NCBI GenBank assembly: GCA_964016885.1
Contig: OZ024744.1
Location: forward strand, 29,698,001-29,762,000
DNA: 64,000 nt
Reading direction: 5' to 3'
From: Eledone cirrhosa
Lineage: Eukaryota
A model generated the notes under the pieces. That model ran no database searches and was not told the DNA's origin. It saw nothing but the letters and a program-made list of their open reading frames with translations. Positions 13,138 through 26,089 of this stretch are shown piece after piece (position 1 is the first letter of the stretch; every line of letters starts with the position of its first letter). The position numbers and the translations under genes were made by a program.

Positions 13138-15883
13138 CTAAAGGAATAAGGGTGGGGAGTTCAGGCCGGGGGGAGTGTGGGTCTGTAAGATGAAGATGGT
13201 TCTTTGTTCAACTCTGAGGAGATTGGCGGGTGTTCCGTGGCATTGGAGTAGGCCACAGACTGTGAGATGGCGTGCGGAATGTCCAGGGGCACCAAACCGG
13301 CGGGCGATGGGGGAACTACCACCAAGACGAATATCCCGGAGGTGCTCAGTGAATCGGTCCGCCAGGCGACATCCCGTCTGTCCGACGTAAGTCGCGCTGC
13401 ACTCCGTGCAGCGAAGTCCGTAGACTAGGTTGGAGGAGGTGCAGCGGAAGGCATGCCGGACAGAGAGAGAGTGGCCGTTGGGACCCTGGAAGGTGGTGGT
13501 GTTGGTGATGTGGGGACAGGTGTTGCAGCCTAGAACAGGGAAAGGAACCGGGGAGGGGAGCGTGGGTTGGGGGGTAGGGAGCTGTGGACGAGGAGGGTGC
13601 GGAGATTGCGTGCGCGTTTGAAGGAGGGGAGTGGTGGGGTTGGGAAGATGTGGGAGGTGGAGGGGTCGGACTGGAGGCGTCGGAAGAGGCGGCGGATGCT
13701 GCGGTGGAGGGGTAAGGTGGAGGGGTGGTAGGTGATGGGGAAGGGGAGACGGTGGGTGGGTGTGCGGTGGCGTGGGGTGAGGGTGGTGGAGCGGTGGACA
13801 GCACGGGCGCGGGTGAGAGCGGTGTGGACGAAAGAGGGGGGGGGGTAACCTCTGCGGATGAAATGGCTGACTAGGGAAAGGGCCTGGGACTCGAAGTCAG
13901 CATCTCGGCTACAGAGGCGACGGATCCTGAGGAGTTGGGAGTAGGGAATAGAGTGTTTAGTGTGTGTGGGGTGGGAAGAGGTGAAGTCGAGGTAAGAGTG
14001 GGAGTCGGTGGGTTTGAAGAAGGCGGAGGTGACGAGGGAGTGGTGGGAGGGGTCGAAGGCGACGGAGATGTCTAAGAAGTGGACGTGGGTGGTGGAGATA
14101 GAGGTGGTGAAGTGGAGTGAGGGGTGGGAGGAGCAGAAGAAGGAGAGAAAGGAGCCGAGCTGTTCTCGGGTGAGGGTCGTGGCTCCGATACAGTCGTACA
14201 TGTAACGACCGTACAGTTCGGGCGTGGGGCCGGTGTACTGGGCAAAGATTTGGGCCTCAACATGGCCAACAAAAAGGTTGGCATAGTTCGGGCCCATTCT
14301 TGTACCCATGGCTACCCCCGTGACCTGTTGGTAAAACTCACCCGAGAAGGAGAAACAATTGAGGGTGAGGACCAGCTCGGCGAGGCGAAGGAGGGTGGGG
14401 GTGGAGGGAAAGGGGGAGGGGCGAAGGTTGAGGTAGTGTTTGAGGGCGCGTAGGCCGTCGGCGGGGGGGATGACGGTATAGAGTGACTTGATGTCTAGGG
14501 TGAAGAGGAAGGGCTGTGGGCCGGGTGGGTAGGTGAAGGAGTCGAAAAGGCGCAGGGCGTGGTTGGTGTCGGAGATGTGGGAGGGGAGGGTGGTGACAAG
14601 GGGGGTGAGGATGGAGTCGAGAAAGGCGGAGATGAGTTCGGTGGGGCAGTTGCAAGCGGAGATGATGGGGCGGCCGGGGTTGTCGGGTTTGTGGAGTTTG
14701 GGGAGGAAGTAGATGGTGGGGTGTGGGGGCTGAGGACGATGAGGTGGGGGATGTTGGAGGAAACTTGTTGTTGGTAGAGGGGTGTGGGATCGGAGGGTAG
14801 AGGGCAGTAGAAGAGGGGGTTACAGAGCTGCTTGAGGGCTTCGGCCGTGTAGAGGTCCGCGCGCCACACCACCACGGCGCCTCCCTTGTCCGCCGGTTTG
14901 ATGACGATGTCATCTCGGCTACGGAGGGAGCGGAGAGCGAGGAGTTCGCCACGTGAGATATTATTTGGTTTCGAACGGTGGCGGAAGTCGAAACGATTTA
15001 CTGCGCTACGGCTGGCATCGACGAACGCGTCCAGGGTGCTAAATTGCCCTGGGGCCGGGGTCCTAGAAGATGGTCGTCGGCCCAGGGCGAGAAACGGGTC
15101 TGGCGCGTCCGGAGCCGGTGGCGTTCGGCCGAAATGTGCCTGTAGCTTCGTGCGTCGCACGAATCGCTCGACTTCCGTTCGGGTGCGGAACTCGTCGCTG
15201 TGCGGAGTGTGGGGTATGAAGCGGAGGCCTCTACTGAGGAGTGAGCGCTCAGGTGCGGAGAGGGGGAGGTCAGGGGGTATGGTGACAACAAGTGGTGGGG
15301 TTTGGTGTGGGGGTGAGGTGGTGGTGGTGGTGGTGGGGGGTATTGGGTAGGGGGTAGAGGGAGGGGTGGAGAGCGGTGGGCTCATGGGGATGGGCGGGTG
15401 GTGGTGGATGGGGGTGGTTGGGAGGAGTGAGTGTAGCTTGCGGAATTTGGTGGAGCTGAGGAAGGAGAAGAGGTTGTGGTTGAGGTTTTGGATGAAGGAG
15501 AGGATGGCTTGGGCGAGGAGGGGGTGGCACGTGGAGTTAAAGCGGAGGAGGTTGGGGGTCAGTTGGTGGTCAAGATGGCGGAGGGTGGAACGGGAGGCGC
15601 GGATGCAGTTGCGCATCAGGAGGCGTGAGGATCGGCTGAGGATACGTTGCGTGGAGGGGGAAGCGGTGGGGGAAGGGTGGAAGTGTAGACGGAAGCCGAG
15701 GGGGATAAGGTGGAGGCGGAGGCAGTGGCTGAGGAAATGGATGTGGCTGGAGTGCCGGGTTTTGGCGAAGAGAAGGTAGGAGAGTTGAAGGGCAGAGGGG
15801 AGATAGCAGGGTGGGAGGAGGGGGGTGAAGAAAAGTTTGAGGCTAGTATGTAGTTGGTGGAGAAAGGATCTCAGGCTGGGCAT
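13138..15883 (-). pseudogene. PLE reverse transcriptase + GIY-YIG endonuclease ORF, frameshifted
   Basis: N-terminal HIHFLSHCLRLHLIPLGF; IVIKPADKGGAVVVW; MGTRMGPNYANLFVG; catalytic motif mutated to RYMYD; HFLDISV..FFKPTDSHSYLDFTSSHP; Cys linker; endonuclease NLVYGLRCTECSATYVGQTG..LADRFTEHLR...PGLNSPPLFL*. Confidence 0.92.
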
Positions 15884-16118
15884 GGTGGGCGTTGGGTGAA
15901 AGCAGGGGGAGGGATGAGAAAGCAGGTGTGTGAAGCGGGGTGGAGTGAACGAAGGAGTGAGTGCGAAGGATAGGCAGAGACGGGGAAGTGAAAATGAAAC
16001 AGAAAAACATAAGGAGGGGAGAGTATACACAGGAAAATTAAAAACAAAAAATCATAAAGGTAAAAAGACAGGCAATCGGGAACAAAAAATCATAGAAATA
16101 AAATTCTAAGAACACAGG

Positions 16119-16216
<98 letters not shown>

Positions 16217-16435
16217 CATACACGTATATAGATAAAAAAATGAGAAGATTCATCACTAGAACAGCCGTTACACAGCTGAATACTGCCAAAGACAGTGATA
16301 GGCAAATATGACTGAGACATGGGAGAGATTATATTTCAGTTTAAACCTTTCTTTCCTCGTCTCAAGTGGAACTTATTTTGTTCTAGATATTCTAAAAAGT
16401 GAAACAGTAAAACTAGAATAATCATTTAACTAAAC

Positions 16436-18040
16436 TGTAACAACAACAACAGTAACAACAACAACAGTAACAACAACAGTAACAACAACAACAGTAACAA
16501 CAACAGTAACAACATCAGCAGTAACAACAACAACAGTAACAACAACAACAACAGTAACAACAACAACAGTAACAACAACAGTAACAACAACAGTAACAAC
16601 ATCAGCAGTAACAACAACAACAGTAACAACAACAGTAACAACAGCAACATTAACAACAACAGTAAAAACAACAACAACAGGAACATCAACAACAGTAACA
16701 AAAACCGTAACAATAACGGTAACAACAACAACAACAGTAACAACAACAACAGTAACAACAACAGTAACAACAACAGTAACAACAACAACAGTAACAACAA
16801 CAACAGTTACAACAACCACAGTAACAACAACAGTAACAACAACAACAGTTACAACAACAACTGTAACAACAACAGTAACAACAACAACAGTAACAACAAC
16901 AACAACAACAGTAACAACAACAGTAACAACAACAACAGTAACAACAACAACAGTAACAACAACAACAGTAACAACAACAACAGTTACAACAACAACAGTA
17001 ACAACAACAACAGTTACAACAACAACAGTAACAACAACAACAGTAACAACAACAACAGTAACAACAACAGTAACAGCAACAACAACAGTAACAACAACAA
17101 CAACAGTAACAACAACAACAACAGTAACAACAACAACAGTAACAACAACAACAGTAACAACAACAACAACAGTAACAACAACAACAACAGTAACAACAAC
17201 AACAGTAACAACAACAACAGTAACAACAACAACAACAGTAACAACAACAACAGTAACAACAAGAACAGTAACAACAACAACAACAGTAACAACAACAACA
17301 GTAACAACAACAACAGTAACAACAACAACAACAGTAACAACAACAACTGTAACAACAACAGTAACAACAACAACAGTAACAACAACAACAGTAACAACAA
17401 CAACAGTAACAACAACAACAACAGTAACAAAAACAACAGTAACAACAACAACAGTAACAACAACAACAACAGTAACAACAACAACAGTAACAACAACAGT
17501 AACAACAACAACAGTAACAACAGCAACAGTGACAACAACAACAGTAACAACAACAACAACAGTAACAACAACAACTGTAACAACAACAGTAACAACAACA
17601 ACAATAACAACAACAACAGTAACAACAACAACAGTAACAACGACAACAGTAACAACAACAACAACAACAGTAACAACAACAACAGTAACAACAATAGTAA
17701 CAACAACAGTAACAACAACAACAACAACAGTAACAATAACAACAACAACAGTAACAACAACAACAACAGTAACAACAACAACATCAGTAACAACAACAAC
17801 AACAACAACAGTAACAACAACGACAACAACAACAGTAACAACAACAACAACAGTAACAACAACAGTAACAACAACAACAGTAACAACAACAACAGTAACA
17901 ACAACAACAGTAACAACAACAACAACAACAGTAACAACAACAACAACAACAGTAACAACAACAACAACAACAGTAACAACAACAACAACAACAGTAACAA
18001 CAACAACAACAACAACAACAGTAACAACAACAGCAGCAGT

Positions 18041-18083
<43 letters not shown>

Positions 18084-18461
18084 GTAACAACAACAGCAGC
18101 AGTAACAACAACAACAACAACAACAACAGTAACAGCAACAGCAGCAGTAACAACAACAACAACAACAACAACAGTAACAACAACAGCAGCAGTAACAACA
18201 ACAACAACAACAACAACAACAGTAACAACAACAGCAGCAGTAACAACAACAACAACTGAATCTGCAGAAACTGTAACAGCAACAACTGCAGCAGCAAGAG
18301 CAACAACAACAACTTTAACAACTGCAACAATAATAACAACTGCAGCAGTAGCAGTAACATCAATAACAACGACAACAGCAAAAACAGCAGCACAACAGCA
18401 ACAGCAACTGCAACAACAATAACAACAACGGTACTGCAGCAACTGCGACAGCAACAACAAG

Positions 18462-18502
<41 letters not shown>

Positions 18503-18597
18503 CCACAGCAGGAGCAGCATCAACTGCAGCAACAGAAGCAATAACAGCAACACCAGCTACAACAGCAGCAGCAAACACAGCAGTAGCAGGAGCAAAA
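16436..18597. repeat. (AAC)n-AGT microsatellite/minisatellite grading into (CAA/CAG)n
   Basis: Directly visible AACAACAACAGT-type units over ~2.1 kb. Confidence 0.97.
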
Positions 18598-18933
18598 TAT
18601 AACAAGATAAGATAATGTAATAAAGAGGAGGTTATGTGAGAAGGCCTAAGTTTCACCTCCCACACATAGGCTCAGGTCAGCCGTCATTGGAAAGTTGGCA
18701 TCTACCTGACACACGGTTCACACGTATTACCCAGCAATAATTAAGTGAAAGCGCCTCTCTTTTATCCGTGCTGTCACCTTACAGAGGCGGGGGCGGGAGG
18801 AAGTTGGTAATCTATAAACTGGCTGACAAGACTCTGTCAGATTCAATTGAAATACGACGTTAAAAAAATCACGTAAAGTTAAACAGTTTTGTTTCTCTTC
18901 TCTTCAGCATATGACATCTTCTCTTTACCCAAT

Positions 18934-19075
18934 GGCGGAGTTGTTAGAACGTCGGAAGGAAAGAAAGCTTTGAGTTCTGCGTTCAAATCCCGCCGAGGTC
19001 AACTTTCTTTATTACCTTTCGCGGTTGATAAAAAAAGTACCAATCAAATACTAGGGTCGATTATTCCCCAACCAC
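18934..19075 (+). mobile_element. tRNA-derived SINE
   Basis: B-box-like gttcaaatccc, followed by gccgaggtcaacttt...gataaaaaaagtacc body shared with about nine other copies in the window. Confidence 0.75.
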
Positions 19076-19099
19076 ACTCTATCTATCTATCTATATATG

Positions 19100-22000
19100 A
19101 TTAGGACCTCCATGGCCACACATAAACAATTAAAAGAAAAATTTCCTAACGACGTAGGTAACCCCTGCGTCAGACCCTACAATCGAGTCCTGTTAAAATG
19201 TTTCCCCATCCCACCAGACACCCCCTCCCCACCAAACATCTCTGTTCCCACCCCTCGAGAGACCACAACCCCTCCAACACCCCCATGGAAATTGTGCAGC
19301 CTGGTCCCCAGGAGACGAAGAGGTGAGTGATTTCTTTTCCTCTTCTGTTAACTTTTCAGCACCAACATGGCCAATATAAGAGTTGGATGTGTGAATGTAC
19401 GCGGCCTGGGATGCCCTGGAAACAGGGCAAACTCTTAAACGACCTCAGGTCGCACAGCATGGATGTGGTAGCCATTTGCGAGTCCAGGATCCACAGCGAG
19501 CGATAACTAGCCCCCATCTTCGACGACTTTGAGATCTACGCATCTCTCTGTCAGCCGGGAGGTGGGGGTGGGGTTGCCGTTTTGCTGCGGAAACACCTGG
19601 ACCTCGTAACACAGACGGTACATCTGGACCCGGAGGGTCGACGGTGGTCCTAGATGTTGACGGTAGTGAAGGTGGAGCCTTCAGGCTGGTGGCTGCATAT
19701 GCCCCATCCGGGACTCTACGGCCAGACTTCTTCAAACGTCTAGAGACTTTTCTGGGAACGTCCCGCTCCCTGCTGTTAGTGGGGGACTGGAATGGAATCC
19801 TAGATGCACATTGGGACTATGTGAAAGCATGTCCCGATAGAGGGGGGTGTAACAGCCTCAAACAGTTAATCGGCCGATTTCAACTGGCCGATAGATATCG
19901 AATAGATTTTCCGACTGTGCCACTGTGGTCGTTGACTAATCGTAACGGAACATCTAGATCGTACCTAGATAGGGTTCTAGTTAGAAAGAAGGATAGGGAC
20001 ATGTTAAGCTGTCCACAAATGTTCATGGTTGCCTATTCAGATCACAAATTAGTGACCTGCTTAGCAACCTTGACAAAACCCATAGACAGGGACCCAGCTA
20101 CTGGAAGTTGAACTTGTCGTTACCGACATGCAAAGCCTACAGTAGACGGATTAGCATTTTAGTTAAGCAGCACTTGACGGGGGCCATTGTCAACAACAGA
20201 TGGTGGTACTCTCTCAAGAGGGCAGTTAGATTAGACTCGATAGGTTTTAGTAAAGAATTAGTGTTAGATAGAAATAAAACCGAAAAGGAACTGGTAGATA
20301 AAGTAGAAGAGGCACTTAGGAGTGGCAACGTAGCCAGCGTGCTAGCAACGAGAACGGCCTTGGACCAGTTCTTCGACGCAAAGCATGAAGGCTGTGTTGT
20401 CAGGAGCAAAATACGTGCTCTGGGAAACGAGGGAGCCAAAGCTGTTAGCTGGGCCCGAGTGACGGAGGCAAAAAGTGGCAACAAGTCCACGATTCGGTTT
20501 TTGAAGGACCAAGACGGACGCATGATACTTGAGCCGAAGCAAATGTGCGCTGCCTTTCAGCGGCACTTTGCTCAACTGTTCGGGAAGGGCGGCGCGCCGG
20601 GAGGGGCTATGGATTTCGGTTCATACCTCGACGGCCTACCGCGACTCTCGGACAGCGAGGCGAAGTTCTGCGAAAGGCCGATTTCGGCCGCTGAGATAGG
20701 GGACGCGCTGAGCCAATGCGGCAAACGCAAATCTCCAGGTCTAGACGGTCTACCCTACGAATTTTACGTAGCAATGCCGGACTTGTTCTCCGGTCTCCTG
20801 GAAGCGGTCTACTGCAACTAGCAGCAGAACGGGAGAATTCCCAGTTCTGTGACCAAGGGCGTAATCACGTTAGTCAGGAAGGACGAGAACAAGGGGGATG
20901 GCATAGGCAACTTCCGCTCCATAAGTCTGCTCAACACAGAGTTACAGATTTTGGCCAAGGTGTTGGCAAAGAGGCGGGCGCTTGTCGTCGAAAACCTGGT
21001 GGGAGAAGCGCAGACATGCGCAATCCCGACCACGTCCATACAGGACAACGTTCACCTCATGCGATACATCATAGAGAGGGTATGGTGTAAACCCGGCTTC
21101 GGTGGGGCCCTGATCAACTTGGATCAGTCTAAGGCTTTCGATAGGGTTGACCATCGTTACCTGGATGCGGTGCTCGAGGCGGCAGGCTTCGGTCCCGTGT
21201 TCAGGGGCTGGATTGCTGCAATTCACAACAGCAACAACTGCTTAAGGGTCAAGGTGAACGGCTACCTCTCGGAGCCGTTCCATATCACGCGATCTATCCG
21301 ACAGGGATGCCCTCTCTCCTCCCTTCTGTACCTACTGACTCTCGAGCCACTACTGAGGAAGTTGGAGCTATTGCAGGGCATCCCTTTGGAACCGGGACTG
21401 CGAAAAGCGGCGTCGGCCTATGCCGACGACGTGACAGTAATGGTGTCGAGCACCTCGCAAATCAGGGAGGTCGGCATCTTACTGAAGGAATACGAAAGGT
21501 TCACGGGAGCGAAGCTGAACCGGGACAAATCCGTCGGTTTGCAACTCGGAACGTGGAGAGGCAAACCGAGGCCTTCCGATGGCGCCGTCGGACGCTGGAC
21601 GGAAGGACCGGTAAAGCTGCTCGGGGTCTGGTTTGGTCCTGACCTCCAGGTGGAGAAGAATTGGAACGAGGTGACGGCCAAGGTATTTGCGCTCACCCAG
21701 AAGTGGGCCGAGTGCAAACTATCCTTGAAAGGTCGAGCGGAGGTGGCGAACGCTTTTATAGCGTCCGTCATCTACTACCGCTTGACCGTCGTGCCTTGTC
21801 CAGCCAAAACTCTCACCAAAATGGAGCGCGCGCTCTTCCAATTCCTTTGGAAGAAACGGGCTCCTTCGGTGAGAAGATCCATCTGCTGTTAACACCCTTC
21901 AAATGGAGGGCTGGGGATGCCGTGGCTGACGATGCTCAAACACGCGCTCAGGCTGCGGCACCTCCACTTATTCCTCACCAGACAACCGGTGTGGGTCCCG

Positions 22001-23035
22001 TTCGTGAGGAGAGCCTCCCACGACCTGTCTCGCTGACTGAGCTGCAGTCCTGGGTCAAGCAAAGACCGAGGAAAATGAGGGACTGGCACATCGAATGTTC
22101 TCAGGCGCTCACAGTCCTCTGGCAAACGGACCCGGCGATCAGTGGAGACTCCACTTCGACATTCTATAGAGGGTTGGTCCGCAGCAAGTGCGACGACACG
22201 CTCGGAGAAACTCTAGGCGTAGAGGAGGACGAACTGGCCAGTCTGTTTGGTAGGACCTTCTGCCCGGGACCAATGGACAACTTCTAAAAGTCCCTGACCT
22301 GGCAGTGCTACCGAGGAGCTCTACCAGTTCGAGACAAGCTCTACAGACACGGGCGCCCAGGTAGGGACCCTTCGAAAAAGATCTGTTCGAGATGCGTGCG
22401 CGACGAGGAAACCGTCGCAAACGCATTTGTACACTGCCCGGGCGTTACCGACCTGTGGAGCTATGTAGAACGACTATTGTCGCAGGTGGGACCAATCCAG
22501 TTGACCACCGAGTCCATTGTCATGATCAAACCGCCACCCTCCTTCAAAAACGAGGGAGAGGCGGTTTTCTTATGTGTTATGGCTATGGTGAAAGAGGTTA
22601 TATGGTGGACGAGGTTAAAAGGGCTGAGGTCAGACACCTTTCTCTCCGGCGAGCAACTCTCTCTCCATCCTGATTCTTCTTCCAATTTTGGAAGAAGAAT
22701 CAGGATGGAGAGAGAGGTGCTGTACCCCAGCAAATTTTATAAAAGGTGGGTGAAAGTGGCAAAGATGGCCCGAGTGGTTGGGCCTTCTCTCTATATAAGC
22801 CTGTAGGTTTAGGAAAAAGAGGAAGAGAGGAAGGGAGTACTCACTCTTGGTGCTCCTGGAGATGAGGGTTGTACATCTTTTCGGGGTGTGTACAACCCCT
22901 GTGTAACACCTCCCCCCTATTGGGGATTTCAATTGTTGTTTTATTAATAGTTTTATTTTCATATACCTGTATGTAAACTCCCCATTTGTATTTGTCCCCT
23001 TCTTTTGTGCCCTTGTGGCTAATAAAGAAATTTAT
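19100..23035 (+). mobile_element. L1/Tx1-clade non-LTR retrotransposon, 5'-truncated within ORF1, inactive
   Basis: Pro-rich ORF1 tail ending 19330, ORF2 from ATG 19367, 3' UTR with AATAAA at ~23021, simple-repeat flanks. Confidence 0.9.
19367..22806 (+). pseudogene. LINE ORF2 (APE endonuclease - RT - Zn knuckle), disrupted
   Basis: MANIRVGCVNVRGL; AAYAP; LVGDWN; SYLDRVLV; SDHK; KSPGLDGLPYEFY; LDQSKAFDRVDH; IRQGCPLS; AYADD; CSRC...ETVANAFVHC. Frameshifts, plus stops near 20819, 21890 and 22285. Confidence 0.92.
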
Positions 23036-23164
23036 CTCTCTCTATATATATATATGTTTCATTCCCACCCCTTTCTCGCACTCTCTGGAGTTCGGACCTA
23101 TTCAGACCTCTGTCTGCTTCGAAGTGCATGGGAGAGAGAGAGAGAGAGAGAGAGAGAGACGAAT

Positions 23165-23290
23165 CCAGTATTGGACTGGTATTTTATCGATTGCGAAAAG
23201 ATGACAGGTAAAGTTGACCTCGGAGAATTGAAACGAAGACTGCGAGTCATTCTGTCTGACGTTCTAACGACTTTGCCAATTGGCCTATCT
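23165..23290 (-). mobile_element. tRNA-derived SINE
   Basis: Reverse copy of the SINE body (actggtattttatcga...aaagttgacctcggagaattgaaac). Confidence 0.7.
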
Positions 23291-23429
23291 TTAGATTAAA
23301 GTCATAAAGACCTGATGTATGAAATGAAACATGGAATGAAAAACAAGTAAACGAGCCAGTCTATACACAGACGACAAATCTGGAACTTTATCCGACTCAT
23401 CTAAACTGACGGTTTTTCGGTAGGTAAGC

Positions 23430-23768
23430 AATTATGGCACCCACACAGGGTGGACTGAGTGCTTTTTTTTAATTGTGGAACCACAACCACCTTACAGGGT
23501 GGACTGGGTGTGTTTTATTATGACACTAGTGTGACCATCTTACAGGGTGGGCTGGGTATTTTTATCATAGTACCAGCTCTACCACCTTACAAGTGTACAG
23601 GGTACTTTTCATCGTGACACCAGCACTACCACCTTACGGTGTGGATTGAGTGCTTTTATAGTACCACCAGCCATACCACATTACAGGGTGGACTAGGTGG
23701 ATTTTATCGTGGCACTAGCATTACGACTTTACAGAATGGGCTGAGTGCATTTTATCGTGGCACCAATA
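23430..23768. repeat. Diverged ~48-bp minisatellite, about 7 copies
   Basis: accaccttacagggtggactgggtg...tttatcgtggcaccagc recurs near 23440, 23488, 23536, 23584, 23631, 23679 and 23727. Confidence 0.85.
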
Positions 23769-23944
23769 TTTGGTTATAGTTTAGATTTTAATATTCCTTG
23801 CATTAAATATGTTAACACCAGTTTATCAATATGTAAAATTTGAACAAATTCTCATGAAATAAATGTGTATGTATCGCTTCCACAATAATACATGACTGAA
23901 CAATGTGTGAGGACGCGCAAAACCCCAGGCAATCCACCTTATGG

Positions 23945-25230
23945 TCCTAGTGAAGAACAGAATAGAGAAAGTGTTATATTGAAATAGCTATTCCAACTCA
24001 CGGGGCTCACTTCTGCGGTTGACCAACAGTGAGTAGGGAGGCGGTTCAGGGACCCAGAACGACAAACATTCTCATAGCTACACGTTCAACTACAAACTAT
24101 CGGAAAGTGACCGATACTTCAACATGTTGCGATCTTCGGTTTGTCAGACAACGAAGCCTGAATGTGTCACTCAATGCATCAGGTTGTCTCTGTAGAAGGT
24201 GTCACCGCATGCCACATCACAGATGATGGTCCACGCCATGCTTTGTGGCATGGTGTAGGAGATGACCAGCATTGTGACGGCATGACAGAGGGTGAAGGCA
24301 GAAAACATTCACTGTGTACCCACAGTGGAATTTGTGTTGCTCGCAGATCCGGAGGCCAAACCTCATGGAAGCACCTATATGTAGACAGTCGTTGTCCAGC
24401 TGAGTGCCAGTTGATAACGAGGATACGACGTTTAACTCTGCACCACTATGGTGTTGGTTGGCAGAGCGGTAACATGCCAGATGATGCTGGACGTCCACAG
24501 AGTGGAGGTAGACTGGATACTCACAGAGTGAAAGGAGACTTGATACCCACAGAGTGGTGGGGTGACAGGACGTCCTCAGAGTGGAGGGTGATAGGACGTC
24601 CTCAGATTGGTGGGGTGACTGGACCTCCACGGGGTGGATGGGTGACAGGGCATCCATAGAGTGAAGGGGAGACTGGACGTTTACAGTAGAAGGGCATGGA
24701 GACTTGAAGTCCATAAGGAGAAATCCAAGTCGGCTCTTGTTTGTATTTGCCGATCGTAATAGGCTCAGATGTGGAGGAGTTTATAGGGGCTACGACATGA
24801 GGTCAAAGACGAAAGAAATGCCAGCAATGACAATGACACTAGAGAGTGAAGACCAAGACCATAGTATTTTACAGGTAATGAGACCTATTGTCATCAAAAT
24901 GGACGTTACATATCACCTCTAAACCACATCTGGTACAGGTATTGACATCAGTGATATGAGATGTATAACTGTAACAGGGATCAATACTATAGATACAAAA
25001 GCTTCAGTATGGTGAAACTATTCCTTAGGAGGAAGAGGACCGGGTGTACATCAGTCAGATTTAGTCTGGGCATAAGTGTTTCAAGCTAACGAAGCTTAGA
25101 CCTGTGGGCTAATCGGATGGTGCCGGCTGGTGGATCAGTGACATAGATTCTCCCATCACTTTCAGCAAATACAGCAATCATTATGCTTCTAGGAGATTGG
25201 AACATGTCAAGTCTTATCCACCGTACTTGT
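23945..25230 (-). pseudogene. Old CRE-like non-LTR retrotransposon remnant (RT C-terminus, Zn finger, restriction-like endonuclease)
   Basis: Minus-strand pieces RLNLTDVHPVLFLLRNSFTILKLLYL, LEVICNVHFDD, PVKYYGLGL, HSGAELNVVSSLSTGTQLDNDCLHIGASMRFGLRICEQHKFHCG....HPLSCRHNAG and IICDVACGDTF...KYRSLSD match the CRE-type motif order; many stops. Confidence 0.7.
24487..24712. repeat. ~27-bp tandem repeat, about 8 copies, inside the CRE-like remnant
   Basis: gactggacgtccacagagtggaggggt-like units. Confidence 0.85.
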
Positions 25231-25695
25231 AGGGAAAAATATGAAAATAACATAACTTTATTTTTTAAGATATAGTCACCACAACGTATACAACTATAAT
25301 AAAAATAGAGATATATTTTATGAAGACATTTGAGATATGCTTATAAGTATAATAAAAAATATGTCTCGCTGTGAAGCTGTGATCAAGTCACAGCTATCAT
25401 AGTAGCCATGTGAGAAAGCCAGACACTAGTGTTTCAGGATTTTTGTCCATCATCGTTCACTCACTCGGTACTGAGATTAGAATAATCTATAGCTTATATT
25501 CATTTTTCATATAAAACAAATCCTGGAATATACTCATTTGCATATAGTGCCAGCTTAACTGTCGGGTTAATTAAAAGTAACACTTACATAACACGATTCA
25601 TAATAGAGGTGTATATGATCACAGCTTAAAACGTTCATAGCAAGACTACTATATGTTTATTACACACACACACACATACACACGCACACACACAC

Positions 25696-25726
<31 letters not shown>

Positions 25727-25895
25727 AATTTGCCTATATATATATATATATAACCAAAGATTAATATGGTTCGTTGATTACTCAACGAATACAGTTTTAC
25801 AATAGATTAGAAGCACTCAACAGTAGTGTTTTCCTGGAGTTTTTAATATTATTAAAAATGTTAACAAATGAAAAATATTCACATAATCAAAATAT

Positions 25896-25967
25896 ATACT
25901 TTATTATATATATTTCAAAGGTACTGTGCTGTTTTTTTTTTCAGTACGTCCTCATCAGACAAAATAT
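25896..25967 (-). ncRNA. Minimal type I hammerhead ribozyme
   Basis: Minus strand: ATATTTTGT-CTGATGA-GGA.GTACTG...CAGTAC.TTT-GAAA-TATATA-TA|ATAAAGTAT; 9-bp helix I, palindromic helix III. Confidence 0.78.
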
Positions 25968-26058
25968 ATGATTTGATATATGGCATACCGCTACGGTCTT
26001 GATTATACAATTCCCGGGAATTGAATAATCAAGGTCGCAGCAGTATGTCATATATCAA

Positions 26059-26067
<9 letters not shown>
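25964..26067. repeat. Imperfect ~104-bp palindrome centred on CCCGGG (26013-26018)
   Basis: tatatgatttgatatatggcatac...caattccc|gggaattg...gtatgtcatatatcaaatcatata. Confidence 0.9.

Positions 26068-26089
<22 letters not shown>

Larger units (their letters stand above)
11560..16120 (-). mobile_element. Near full-length Penelope-like retroelement (Neptune-like)
   Basis: Single long disrupted ORF, ~1.6 kb C-rich 3' region with a hammerhead core near the end, both ends in (TA)n. Confidence 0.9.

Noticed and set aside
11849-13390. Gly/Val-rich plus-strand ORFs
   Set aside because: Antisense of the low-complexity C-rich 3' region of the PLE.
16426-18553. Mucin-like poly-Thr, poly-Val or poly-Leu ORFs
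   Set aside because: A trinucleotide-based simple repeat is open in several frames on both strands; no unique coding flanks or splice evidence.
24162-24922. ORFs that might be host exons
   Set aside because: Explained by a decayed CRE-like LINE on the minus strand plus a 27-bp repeat.
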